NCBI GenBank assembly: GCA_050175015.1
Contig: JBFXJJ010000001.1
Span: 1 to 64,000, forward strand
Direction: 5' to 3'
Source of the DNA: Alphaproteobacteria bacterium
GTDB taxonomy: Bacteria > Pseudomonadota > Alphaproteobacteria > JBFXJJ01
Length of the DNA: 64,000 nt
Positions 8,623-17,400 of this stretch are shown here, piece by piece; the stretch's first letter is position 1, and every line of letters starts with the position of its first letter. A program made the translations under genes and the position numbers. The notes under the pieces were generated by a model, which did no database searches, was not told the origin of the DNA, and was given only the letters and a program-made list of their open reading frames with translations.

Positions 8623-10275
8623 TTATCTACCGCCGCGACCACCACGTCTTGGGTCGAAACCACCTTTACCTTTTCCTTTCTGGCTGCCGCCTCTACTCAT
8701 AGCATCAGCACAGAAGAACGCTTTTTCTTTATTGTATTCAATCTCAGAAATTTTCTTAAATTTACCATCAACAACATGATAATCAAATTTAGGATTTCTA
8801 AAATCTTCACTCTTATCAAGAACACCAATCCAAGTTTCTTTAGAAACTTCGTTGTTAACAACTTTAATGCCTTCTTTACCAGAAATTTCCATTGTAACAG
8901 CATTAGGGTGAATAAGAGAATTAGAACCACATTCATGAGCAACTTCAGCGCCACGACGAAGGTGATGCATACCGCCATGAACAGGAATACCTGTCATTTT
9001 GTGACCTTCTGGAGCATGTGCTGTAAGTGTTTTGAACATTAACTTAATGTCTTCTTCAGCACCATGACCTGAAGCGTGGGTTTTACGACCAGAACCATCA
9101 GTTTTACGATGGCTTGGTTCAATAACGGTAATACCCATATCTCTAATTCTGCCAAACATAGCATCAACGTTTTCTTGGTTTTTGCTTACAGGAATAACAG
9201 ACTGAGCCATAACAACGATATCTTGACCGCCTTGGAATTTCAAGCCTCTATGAATACCTAAAGATGCCATATTTAAAACAGCATTTTCTTCTGCCTGTGT
9301 TCCAGTACAGATAACCATTGTTTTTCTTGGATCAAGTTTTTTAACTTCTGGAGCTCTACCATCATAAACTTCTGCATGTTTACCTGTGATTTTTCCTAAG
9401 TCATAACCTGCATTTTGCAAAGCGGTGTAAGCTGTTGTAAGAGAACCGCCCTGAAGAACGATAGCTCTACCTGAATCAGCTGCTGCTTCATAAAGACTTG
9501 CAAAGCGTTCAACTGAACGTGCAATCAAAGGCACGACCATTCTTAAACCTTCGCATTCCTTGGTAATTTTCTTGAATTCATCTTTAATATCAGATTCTGG
9601 AGGTGTCATTCCAGGAGTTGTAACAGATGTTGCGTCAAACATAAACGCATCAACACCTTCTTTACTGATTTCTTCAATACGTTTTAAGTCTGTTTTTGGA
9701 CCAAGTGGAACAGATTGGTCGGTCTTGAAGTCGCCAGAATGGAAAATTTTAGCATCTGGAGTTTTGATATAGAAACCAAATGAACCAGGAGCTGAGTGAG
9801 AAACTGCAACAGCTTCAACACTAATATCACCAACTTTTGTAACATCACCCGGCTGAATGCGTTTAATTGTTGGTTTTAAATTTTTCTGAACTCTTTGTTT
9901 GAAGAAAATTGCATCTACCATTTCTGCTGCGAATGGAGAAGCTTTAATTTCTGGGAATTTAAAGCCCATAGCGCAAAGATGAGGAATTGCTCCGATATGA
10001 TCATCATGGCAGTGAGTTAAGAAAACAGCATCAACAGGTTCTTCTGCTTTAATAAGATTGCCTTTTTCATCTACACGATCGAGATACTTAGAAGGGTTTG
10101 CCAAAAATCTATCATAACCACTATCTTCTTTATCTGAAAACATACCACCTAGATCTACTAGAATACGTTTTGTTTTGCCGCTTTCATCTGTATAGGTATA
10201 GACGTGTGCGTTACCACCGATTCTTTCGTCATTGTTACCGCCAACTGATGTCCACGTTGTTTTTTCTTGTGCCAT
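8623..10275 (-). CDS. Ribonuclease J-like metallo-beta-lactamase/beta-CASP nuclease, paralogue 1
   Basis: THCHDDHIG, SHS, HSGDFK, CTGTQAE, THASGH and PVHG motifs; Gly/Arg-rich C-terminal tail. Confidence 0.87.
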   Translation of the reverse strand: MAQEKTTWTSVGGNNDERIGGNAHVYTYTDESGKTKRILVDLGGMFSDKEDSGYDRFLANPSKYLDRVDEKGNLIKAEEPVDAVFLTHCHDDHIGAIPHLCAMGFKFPEIKASPFAAEMVDAIFFKQRVQKNLKPTIKRIQPGDVTKVGDISVEAVAVSHSAPGSFGFYIKTPDAKIFHSGDFKTDQSVPLGPKTDLKRIEEISKEGVDAFMFDATSVTTPGMTPPESDIKDEFKKITKECEGLRMVVPLIARSVERFASLYEAAADSGRAIVLQGGSLTTAYTALQNAGYDLGKITGKHAEVYDGRAPEVKKLDPRKTMVICTGTQAEENAVLNMASLGIHRGLKFQGGQDIVVMAQSVIPVSKNQENVDAMFGRIRDMGITVIEPSHRKTDGSGRKTHASGHGAEEDIKLMFKTLTAHAPEGHKMTGIPVHGGMHHLRRGAEVAHECGSNSLIHPNAVTMEISGKEGIKVVNNEVSKETWIGVLDKSEDFRNPKFDYHVVDGKFKKISEIEYNKEKAFFCADAMSRGGSQKGKGKGGFDPRRGGRGGR

Positions 10276-10342
10276 TTTTTATTCCTTTTTTATTAGGTAA
10301 AATTTTTACTTTTTAAAACTCAAATTAAATTGACTCTAAACA

Positions 10343-10543
10343 CTATTCTTCTAAATTAATCCAAGCATAATGTACTGCTTTGACTAATTCGCGATCTCTT
10401 GGAACGGTTTCGTCTTCAAAGTCTTCAAGACTACTTACAAGCTCGATAATTCGCTCCTGTTTAATGTGTATCAGATCCTCTTCAGGATATTTTTCCTCTA
10501 GAGCATCAGCGATAGCACCATAGTTTTCCCATTTTAATTTCAT
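10343..10543 (-). CDS. iscX: Fe-S cluster assembly protein IscX
   Basis: MKLKW...IADALEEKYP...LEDFED...AW pattern in a 66 aa acidic protein matches IscX/YfhJ; AAGGAG Shine-Dalgarno upstream. Confidence 0.8.
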   Translation of the reverse strand: MKLKWENYGAIADALEEKYPEEDLIHIKQERIIELVSSLEDFEDETVPRDRELVKAVHYAWINLEE

Positions 10544-10567
10544 GTTTTTACTCCTTTAACATTAAAT

Positions 10568-10595
10568 ACGATAGCACGGCTAAATAATTTGTCAA
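10568..10595 (-). promoter_or_regulatory. Putative sigma70 promoter of iscX
   Basis: Minus strand TTGACA-16 nt-TATCGT with an extended -10 TG. Confidence 0.55.
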
Positions 10596-10672
10596 CAAAA
10601 ATCTGAAAATTGGACAAAGAATAAAAATTCATTGGAAATACAACAAACTTTTACCTTTCGCTTGTTAAAAAG

Positions 10673-11569
10673 CTACTGGATAGGCGGAATATTTATTTGA
10701 GCAAAATGGCCAGGTCTAATTCTGGTATTAGCATAGCGCATATTGCCCGTTTTGATAAGAAACTCTTGAACGCCAGTAAGTTGAGCAGCTAGAGAATAGA
10801 ACTCTCTTGCCTCTAACTCTCTTCTTTCTGGATTAACTATATATAAAATGCAACCTTGACCTTTTTCGGCAATACCACAACGGAGTCTTCCTCTAGGCAC
10901 TTCTGGATTCTCAACCACTCCCTGCAAGCCTTGAGCAACAACAGTCCCTTTTGTTTGTCCAAAAAACTTCCCTGCAAAAATACCTGAACCCAAAATTATT
11001 AAAAACAAAAAGAAGATAACCTTTGTTTTTAAGAAAAATGGAGGCAAGTTCAAATCAGCTGCAAAGTTATTATCATAACGCCCTTTTTCTTCAGATGCGG
11101 AACCTATCTCTTCTTCTTGAGATATTGGCGCATCATTAGATATTGTAAAAGGGCTAGCGGGCACGACCGCGTTTTCTGCTGCCGAGGCATTAAAGTCATT
11201 TTTTTCAACCTGAGGCATAGGCTCTGGAGGCATTATTGGTGATTTTAATGGCGGAGGTGGTGCGATTGGTGATTTTAATGGCGGCGGCGGCGCAATCGGC
11301 GATTTCATTGGTGGCGGCGGCGCAATCGGTGACTTCATTGAACCAGCATGAGGCGCTTGAGGATTTCCATGAGGTCTATTTTCAACTTGGTTTACGGCAG
11401 CTGGTGATATTGGTCTTTTTACAGGTGCGCCTTTCATTGGTGGCTTTTTAGCAAGAGGAGGCTGCCCCAATGGCTTTTTAGCATGAGCCATATTTGCGTT
11501 AGGAGGTCTTACCGCACCTTGAGGTGCTGCTCCTACGGGGCGTTTATTCAAATCTTGCGGCATAGCCAT
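10673..11569 (-). CDS. Hypothetical bitopic membrane protein: Pro-rich N-terminus, one TM helix, C-terminal LysM-like domain
   Basis: KSPIAPPPP repeats; TM VIFFLFLIILGSGIFAG; C-terminal FYSLAAQLTGV...IRPG...INIP. Confidence 0.75.
   Translation of the reverse strand: MAMPQDLNKRPVGAAPQGAVRPPNANMAHAKKPLGQPPLAKKPPMKGAPVKRPISPAAVNQVENRPHGNPQAPHAGSMKSPIAPPPPMKSPIAPPPPLKSPIAPPPPLKSPIMPPEPMPQVEKNDFNASAAENAVVPASPFTISNDAPISQEEEIGSASEEKGRYDNNFAADLNLPPFFLKTKVIFFLFLIILGSGIFAGKFFGQTKGTVVAQGLQGVVENPEVPRGRLRCGIAEKGQGCILYIVNPERRELEAREFYSLAAQLTGVQEFLIKTGNMRYANTRIRPGHFAQINIPPIQ
11216..11338 (-). repeat. Four imperfect 30-bp tandem repeats encoding (M/L)KSPIAPPPP
   Basis: Visible in both DNA and translation. 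Confidence 0.9.
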
Positions 11570-11677
11570 TATTCATCTCACCTAATCTAAAACAACTTAA
11601 ATAAAATATTATTACGAATATAAATTATACTGCTAAACACTATACTTCAAGGAGTAAAAGTAATTTTCTTCAAAAAG

Positions 11678-12985
11678 TTATTTATTCATAAGATTCATAA
11701 GCCAATCACCAGACCAATCTTCTTGTTTTTCTTCTGGTAAAGCTATTGGTTCTTTTTTGACTAACTTTATTAAACGAGGAGTCATTAAAATAACAATTTC
11801 TGCGTGATAGTCATCAGGGTCAACCAGCTTTGTTGGAATGCCTATAATCAAATAGTTTTCTCCCAAACGATGTTTAGGATTAAACCTTGTAATTTCTCCC
11901 CCAGAAGTATCAAGTGTAATATTAGTTTCTATTCTTTTATCAGGAGAAATCTTGCTTTCAGCAAGAATAGAAAGATCTGCTTCACCGGTGTCTACTCTGC
12001 CGCATCTGCCAACATCAAATCGTGATTTCCATTGATCAGGAACAACAAAAACACCCTCAGACAACTTTGTTGCTATACCATAACTGTTCATAAAGTTAAG
12101 AAGTGTCCTATGGTTAATTTCAGGAGATGTAACCAGCATTTTTCCCATAACGCCTTCTATTGTCATCTTTATATCTTTGCGATCAAAAACCCTGAGCATT
12201 TCCTGCCAAGCAACCTCTTTAGGTCCCCAGTTAGGATAAAAACGATAAACTGAGGTATCGAGTGCCAGCATCAAGGGTTCTCCCTCAAAAGAATTGATGA
12301 TCTTTTCAACTTTTCTCATCATCTTTTTATCAGCATCAAATAAAATAGCCTTATCTTCCCAATCAACGGTAATGTTCTGCATTCCTGCGCCTCTCATAGC
12401 ATCAAGAATCGCTAATATTACGTAATCATTGTGAGGAATTTGCAGATTAAACGGCGCAACTTTTTTAAGTTCCAAGACTTTATGTTTATCATCATAAACA
12501 TAAAAAATATCAGCGGCATCTGTTATCGTATTAACAATATCTGGCAACTCGCCTTTAAGACCTTCTGCCGACATTTCAAGGTAAGGATCATCTTTTGCTA
12601 TAACTCTTATATTAAGCTCTTTAACCAAAATAGATAATGCCTTTGAAGCCTCTGCTTTTTCAAAAGAAAATCCTGTAACTTCATAGCGTGGAATGTTGTC
12701 TTTTTCGTCTGTTCTCTTTAGAACAAACAAATTATCTTCATAGGAAACTGATTTTATTAACTGGATTTTATCGGTATCAATATTACACCTTAGAGGAGCC
12801 TCTAAACTAAGCATTGCCGTAGAATTATGCGTTTTTAATGGGATATCATCTAAGGTATCAACGGTTGATACTGGTATTCTTGGCTGAGGATATACCGCAA
12901 CCCTGCTACAAGAAAGAGACAAAGAACAAAGATATCCAAGGCAACTTAGCCTTAAAATTTTTACCAAAATATTTTTGCTCTTCAT
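11678..12985 (-). CDS. Hypothetical lipoprotein, possibly a divergent secretin
   Basis: N-terminal signal ending ...SLSLSC; C-terminal EIVILMTPRLI resembles the terminal secretin strand. The CDS is well supported, the function call is tentative. Confidence 0.6.
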   Translation of the reverse strand: MKSKNILVKILRLSCLGYLCSLSLSCSRVAVYPQPRIPVSTVDTLDDIPLKTHNSTAMLSLEAPLRCNIDTDKIQLIKSVSYEDNLFVLKRTDEKDNIPRYEVTGFSFEKAEASKALSILVKELNIRVIAKDDPYLEMSAEGLKGELPDIVNTITDAADIFYVYDDKHKVLELKKVAPFNLQIPHNDYVILAILDAMRGAGMQNITVDWEDKAILFDADKKMMRKVEKIINSFEGEPLMLALDTSVYRFYPNWGPKEVAWQEMLRVFDRKDIKMTIEGVMGKMLVTSPEINHRTLLNFMNSYGIATKLSEGVFVVPDQWKSRFDVGRCGRVDTGEADLSILAESKISPDKRIETNITLDTSGGEITRFNPKHRLGENYLIIGIPTKLVDPDDYHAEIVILMTPRLIKLVKKEPIALPEEKQEDWSGDWLMNLMNK

Positions 12986-13065
12986 AGATGTCTTTTCCTA
13001 AGTGTTTTTGTCTTATCGAACTAAAATAATATACTTTTAAAAAATTTTTTAGCTTTTTTTTATTT

Positions 13066-14340
13066 TTACGATGGATTATTTGGCTTTACCTTTGGAGGAG
13101 GATTGCCTTGAGCTGGTCTTGCCATTGGTTGTTTTACCATAATTTTTTTAACCATTGGCTGTTTAGCCCCTGCTATTGGTTGTTTATTCATTGGCTGTTT
13201 TACTGGCGGCTGTTTCGTTGGTGGACGCTTACCAAAGTAACGTTTTATTTTTTTCTCTTCTGGAGGAGGTGGCGGCGGTGGCAAATCATCTTCAGTATCA
13301 TAATTCGCCGTTGAGGAAATACCTGTCTCTGAAGACAGCTTATTGATTAGTTCATCTATCCCCATTCCTGCGTTGTCTTCTTCAGGAGCAAGCGCACCAA
13401 GCTTCTCCATAATCTCGCTCATATCCTCTTCTTCTTTAATCATATCTGGAGTTTCGTTCTTTTCTAACTCACTCTTATAGTCTGATAAATCTCTTTTAAA
13501 TTTTATTACCCCGCCTTGTATTCTTGCTTCTATTAAAGGTTCCAACTCTCTATGCTGTAATATAATATCTCCGACCTCACATATTTCTTCCAGCAAATCT
13601 AAAATATATCTAAAATGAGGATATTGCTCGAGGGTTATTCCACCCATTCTAATACATCTTGCTCCAATTCTGGCTATAGTTCTCTCATAATAATCCATAA
13701 GAAGAATGTAATTGTTCATATACCACAGAACGTCATCGGCAATACCATTTTCTAAATACGAATAATCGGCATCAGGAGGCGGAAGATGTTCATAAACATT
13801 AATGCTATAATGACTTTCACTTCTATCGCGGTAAACTGGCGGGGGAGTTTCTAGGTTCTGCTCTGATAAAGCCAATTCATTGTTATCAGCACCATAATCT
13901 TCAATCGGGACAACATCAAAATTTGGTGCTAACATCTCATTATAGAAATTATTGCAAATATTATTTAATGAATCAAAAAGCTTGCTGCCCTCATCTCCGA
14001 AAAATGACAGCCAGTATTTAAAATCATCTAATCTATTCGCAACAGCATCAAGATCCTGCGCTTCAGGATTTTCTATAATTTTAGAAGCTTCTTCCCAAGT
14101 AATTCTAGCCGATTCAAAATTTATAATATCTTCAAGTTTTTCTCGAGCAACTTTAATAGTATCAGGATCATAAACATTAAGGCGCTCATAAATATCTTCA
14201 CGCCAATTGCTGCCTAAAACACTTTCAACAAGAGCTATAAACTGTTCTAAGCTTTCAATATCATTATTATAAGCAAAAAGAGCCTCCAACACGGGAGAAA
14301 AATCATCTTGATCTTGATTTGCTTCGTTTTGATCGTTCAT
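13066..14340 (-). CDS. Hypothetical acidic protein with poly-Pro and KQP-repeat basic C-terminal tail
   Basis: 424 aa ORF, no signal peptide; PPPPPPP followed by repeated KQP. Confidence 0.8.
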   Translation of the reverse strand: MNDQNEANQDQDDFSPVLEALFAYNNDIESLEQFIALVESVLGSNWREDIYERLNVYDPDTIKVAREKLEDIINFESARITWEEASKIIENPEAQDLDAVANRLDDFKYWLSFFGDEGSKLFDSLNNICNNFYNEMLAPNFDVVPIEDYGADNNELALSEQNLETPPPVYRDRSESHYSINVYEHLPPPDADYSYLENGIADDVLWYMNNYILLMDYYERTIARIGARCIRMGGITLEQYPHFRYILDLLEEICEVGDIILQHRELEPLIEARIQGGVIKFKRDLSDYKSELEKNETPDMIKEEEDMSEIMEKLGALAPEEDNAGMGIDELINKLSSETGISSTANYDTEDDLPPPPPPPEEKKIKRYFGKRPPTKQPPVKQPMNKQPIAGAKQPMVKKIMVKQPMARPAQGNPPPKVKPNNPS

Positions 14341-14447
14341 TTTTAATATCTGATCCTAATTTTTAAACCGTCTTATTATGACTATAAAATCATTATAAAT
14401 TCAAGATAGCAAAATTTTAATTTTATTATCTTGTTTTTTGTTAAATC

Positions 14448-17400
14448 CTATGCTTGTTTTTTATCCATTATGAGATATGGCTCTTCAGTATCACCATCAC
14501 TATCAAAATCTAAAATTGATGGTTCCTCTAAAGATGAAACCTTTTTCTCTATCTTTTTATTTTTAATTTGATAAACCTTTTTATCTAAACTAACAATATT
14601 AGGATTAACAGCTATATATATAGTGTTGTCATCAACAGGGTCATTATTATCTCTTGATGAATAAGGATCTAAAGTATTTGTCTCCAAATTATTTTTATCC
14701 TTCTTAGTTAAATTCATTAATAATATATTTGATGAATATGGGTCTTGCTCATCTTCATCAACAACCTTAGTTTTTCTAAGCTTTTCGCCTAAAGCATTAA
14801 GTTTCACTGATGCAATTTTTGGTACCGAAAATTTAGTATGCTTTTCAGGAGTACTTTCTATAACTTCTTCTTTTGCCACAGAATAGGGATTAAGATAGGT
14901 TTCATCTTCCCAGAAAATGTTATCTATAGAAATCACTGGTTCTTCTTCATAAGAATATTCTTCCTCAACCAAAGCGTCTGACGTCTCTTCTGAATATTCC
15001 TCTTCTATAGAACCATTAGAACTTGTTTCCTCAACTTCTTCGTAATAATAGCCTTCCTCTTCAGAATTCTCGGCACTAACTTCTTCACCTTCTTCGTAAT
15101 AGTATTCTTCTGCGGGATATTCGGAATCTGCCTCACCTGCTTCTTCGTAGTAGTATCCTTCCTCTTCAGAATTCTCAGCTACGGCTTCCTCTCCTTCTTC
15201 GTAATAATACTCTTCTTCCTCTGGATATTCAGAATCTGTTGCCTCGGCTTCTTCGTAATAATAGCCTTCCTCTTCGGGATATTCCTCTTCAATGTTTATA
15301 GCGTTTTCAAATTTTTGCTTAAGTTTTTCATAAAGCATTCTTTCGGCGGTTTCCCTATCATATCCCGCCGTTTCAGTTTGTTCGCCAATATATTCGTTAA
15401 TTAAGTCATCTTCCGAATATTCTTCATATTCTGGATACTCCTCATAACCCTCTTCGGCATAAACACCTTCTTCACTGGCTACTTCTTCATAATCTTCAAC
15501 TGGAGTTTCTTCTGCGTAGCCTTCTTCGCTGTACGTCTCTTCTTCGGTATAACCTTCTTCCGTATAGCCTTCGGCATATCCGCCCTCTGTTGCGGGATAA
15601 TCTTCATAACCCTCAGCGGGATATTCCTCAGTATATTCTTCCCCGCCGTATTCCTCAGTATAGTCTTCGCTATATTCGGCGGTAGCCTCTGGTGCGGTCT
15701 CTTCAGTATATTCCCCTGTTTCCTCTACATATTCTGGAGTTTCTCCTTCAGCATATTCTTCCGCATACTCTTCATATTCTGGATACTCCTCATAACCCTC
15801 TTCGGCATAAACACCTTCTTCACTGGCTGCTTCTTCATAATCTTCAACTGGGGTTTCTTCTGTGTAGCCTTCTTCGCTGTACGCATCTTCTTCGGTATAA
15901 CCTTCTTCCGAATATTCTTCATATTCTGGATACTCCTCATAACCCTCTTCGGCATAAACACCTTCTTCACTGGCTGCTTCTTCATAATCTTCAACTGGGG
16001 TTTCTTCTGTGTAGCCTTCTTCGCTGTACGTCTCTTCTTCGGTATAACCTTCTTCCGTATAGCCTTCGGCATATCCGCCCTCTGTTGCGGGATAATCTTC
16101 ATAACCCTCAGCGGGATATTCCTCAGTATATTCTTCCCCGCCGTATTCCTCAGTATAGTCTTCGCTATATTCGGCGGTAGCCTCTGGGGCTAGCTCTTCA
16201 GTATATTCTCCTGTTTCCTCTACATATTCTGGAGTTTCTCCTTCAGCGTATTCTTCCGAATATTCTTCATATTCTGGATACTCCTCATAACCCTCTTCGG
16301 CATAAACACCTTCTTCACTGGCTGCTTCTTCATAATCTTCAACTGGAGTTTCTTCTGCGTAGCCTTCTTCGCTGTACGCATCTTCTTCGGTATAACCTTC
16401 TTCTGTTGCTGGATATTCCTCAGTATACTCTTCCCCGCCATATTCCTCGGCATAGTCTCCGCTATATTCCTCTAACGATGTTTCGGGAGCATCTTGGAGC
16501 AGCTCTTTTGCCCGCCCTATAATATACTGCTCATCAAACTCTATAGGTACTTCTAGCTGTTGATCATTATATTCTTCATTAAAATCAACAATTCCATCTT
16601 CATATGCTATATTATCAGCACTGGTATTTTCATCTTGAGAATATAATGCTTTGCTAGTTTTTTCCTCTGGTTTTATTCCTGAAAGTTCAATTGCTTTAGC
16701 AATAATAGATGCTTGTTCTTCTAAGCTTACTTCGGAATTCTCTTTGCCCTTAAAAGCGCTTGCTAATGCCTGAATTTGGGCTTCTACTGATTTTCCTTGA
16801 TTCTCCAGAGCGCTAGCCATAGCATGGGCTTGCGCTTCAGCATTCATACCTGACGTTTTTTCTAAAGCATCCGCCAATGCTTTTGCCTGCATCTCTGCCG
16901 TTTTTTGCTGCGCTTCTAAAGCCTTTTCTTGCGTCAGCGCTAAAGCGTCAGCTAAAGCTTTTGCTTGTACCTCTGCTGTTTTATCCGTCTTTTCTAAAAC
17001 ACTCGATAAAGCTTTAGCTTGAGTTTCAGAAAGTTTTTCCTGACTCAAACTCATTGCTTCCGTAATAGCTTTTATTTGAGCATCAGCGGTTTTAGTTGAT
17101 GACTGCTCTAAGGCTCCAGCTAAAATTTTAGCTTGATTCTCTGCTGTTTTCTCTTGCGTTAAAGCTAAGGCATCAGCTAATGCTCTGGTTTGGATTTCGC
17201 CTGATTTTATTTGTGTTTTTTCTAATGCTGCCGAAAGAGCTGCTGCCTGAGCTTCTGCCGTTTGTTCTTGTGTTATTTTTAAAGCTTCAGCCAAAGCCAT
17301 ATTTTGATTTTTAGAATTTTGCTCATACGATTTATTCAGCGCTTCAGCCATTGCAACCGACAAAGCTTCCGCCTGTGTCTGCGCTGTTAAATCCTGCGTT

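Noticed and set aside
15410-16400. CRISPR array or non-coding repeat
   Set aside because: The repeats are long, in-frame within a CDS, lack unique spacers, and no cas genes are present.
15692-16453. Alternative-frame and antisense ORFs (15692-16180, 15725-16102, 16220-16453)
   Set aside because: By-products of the low-complexity repeat inside the 1397 aa gene.
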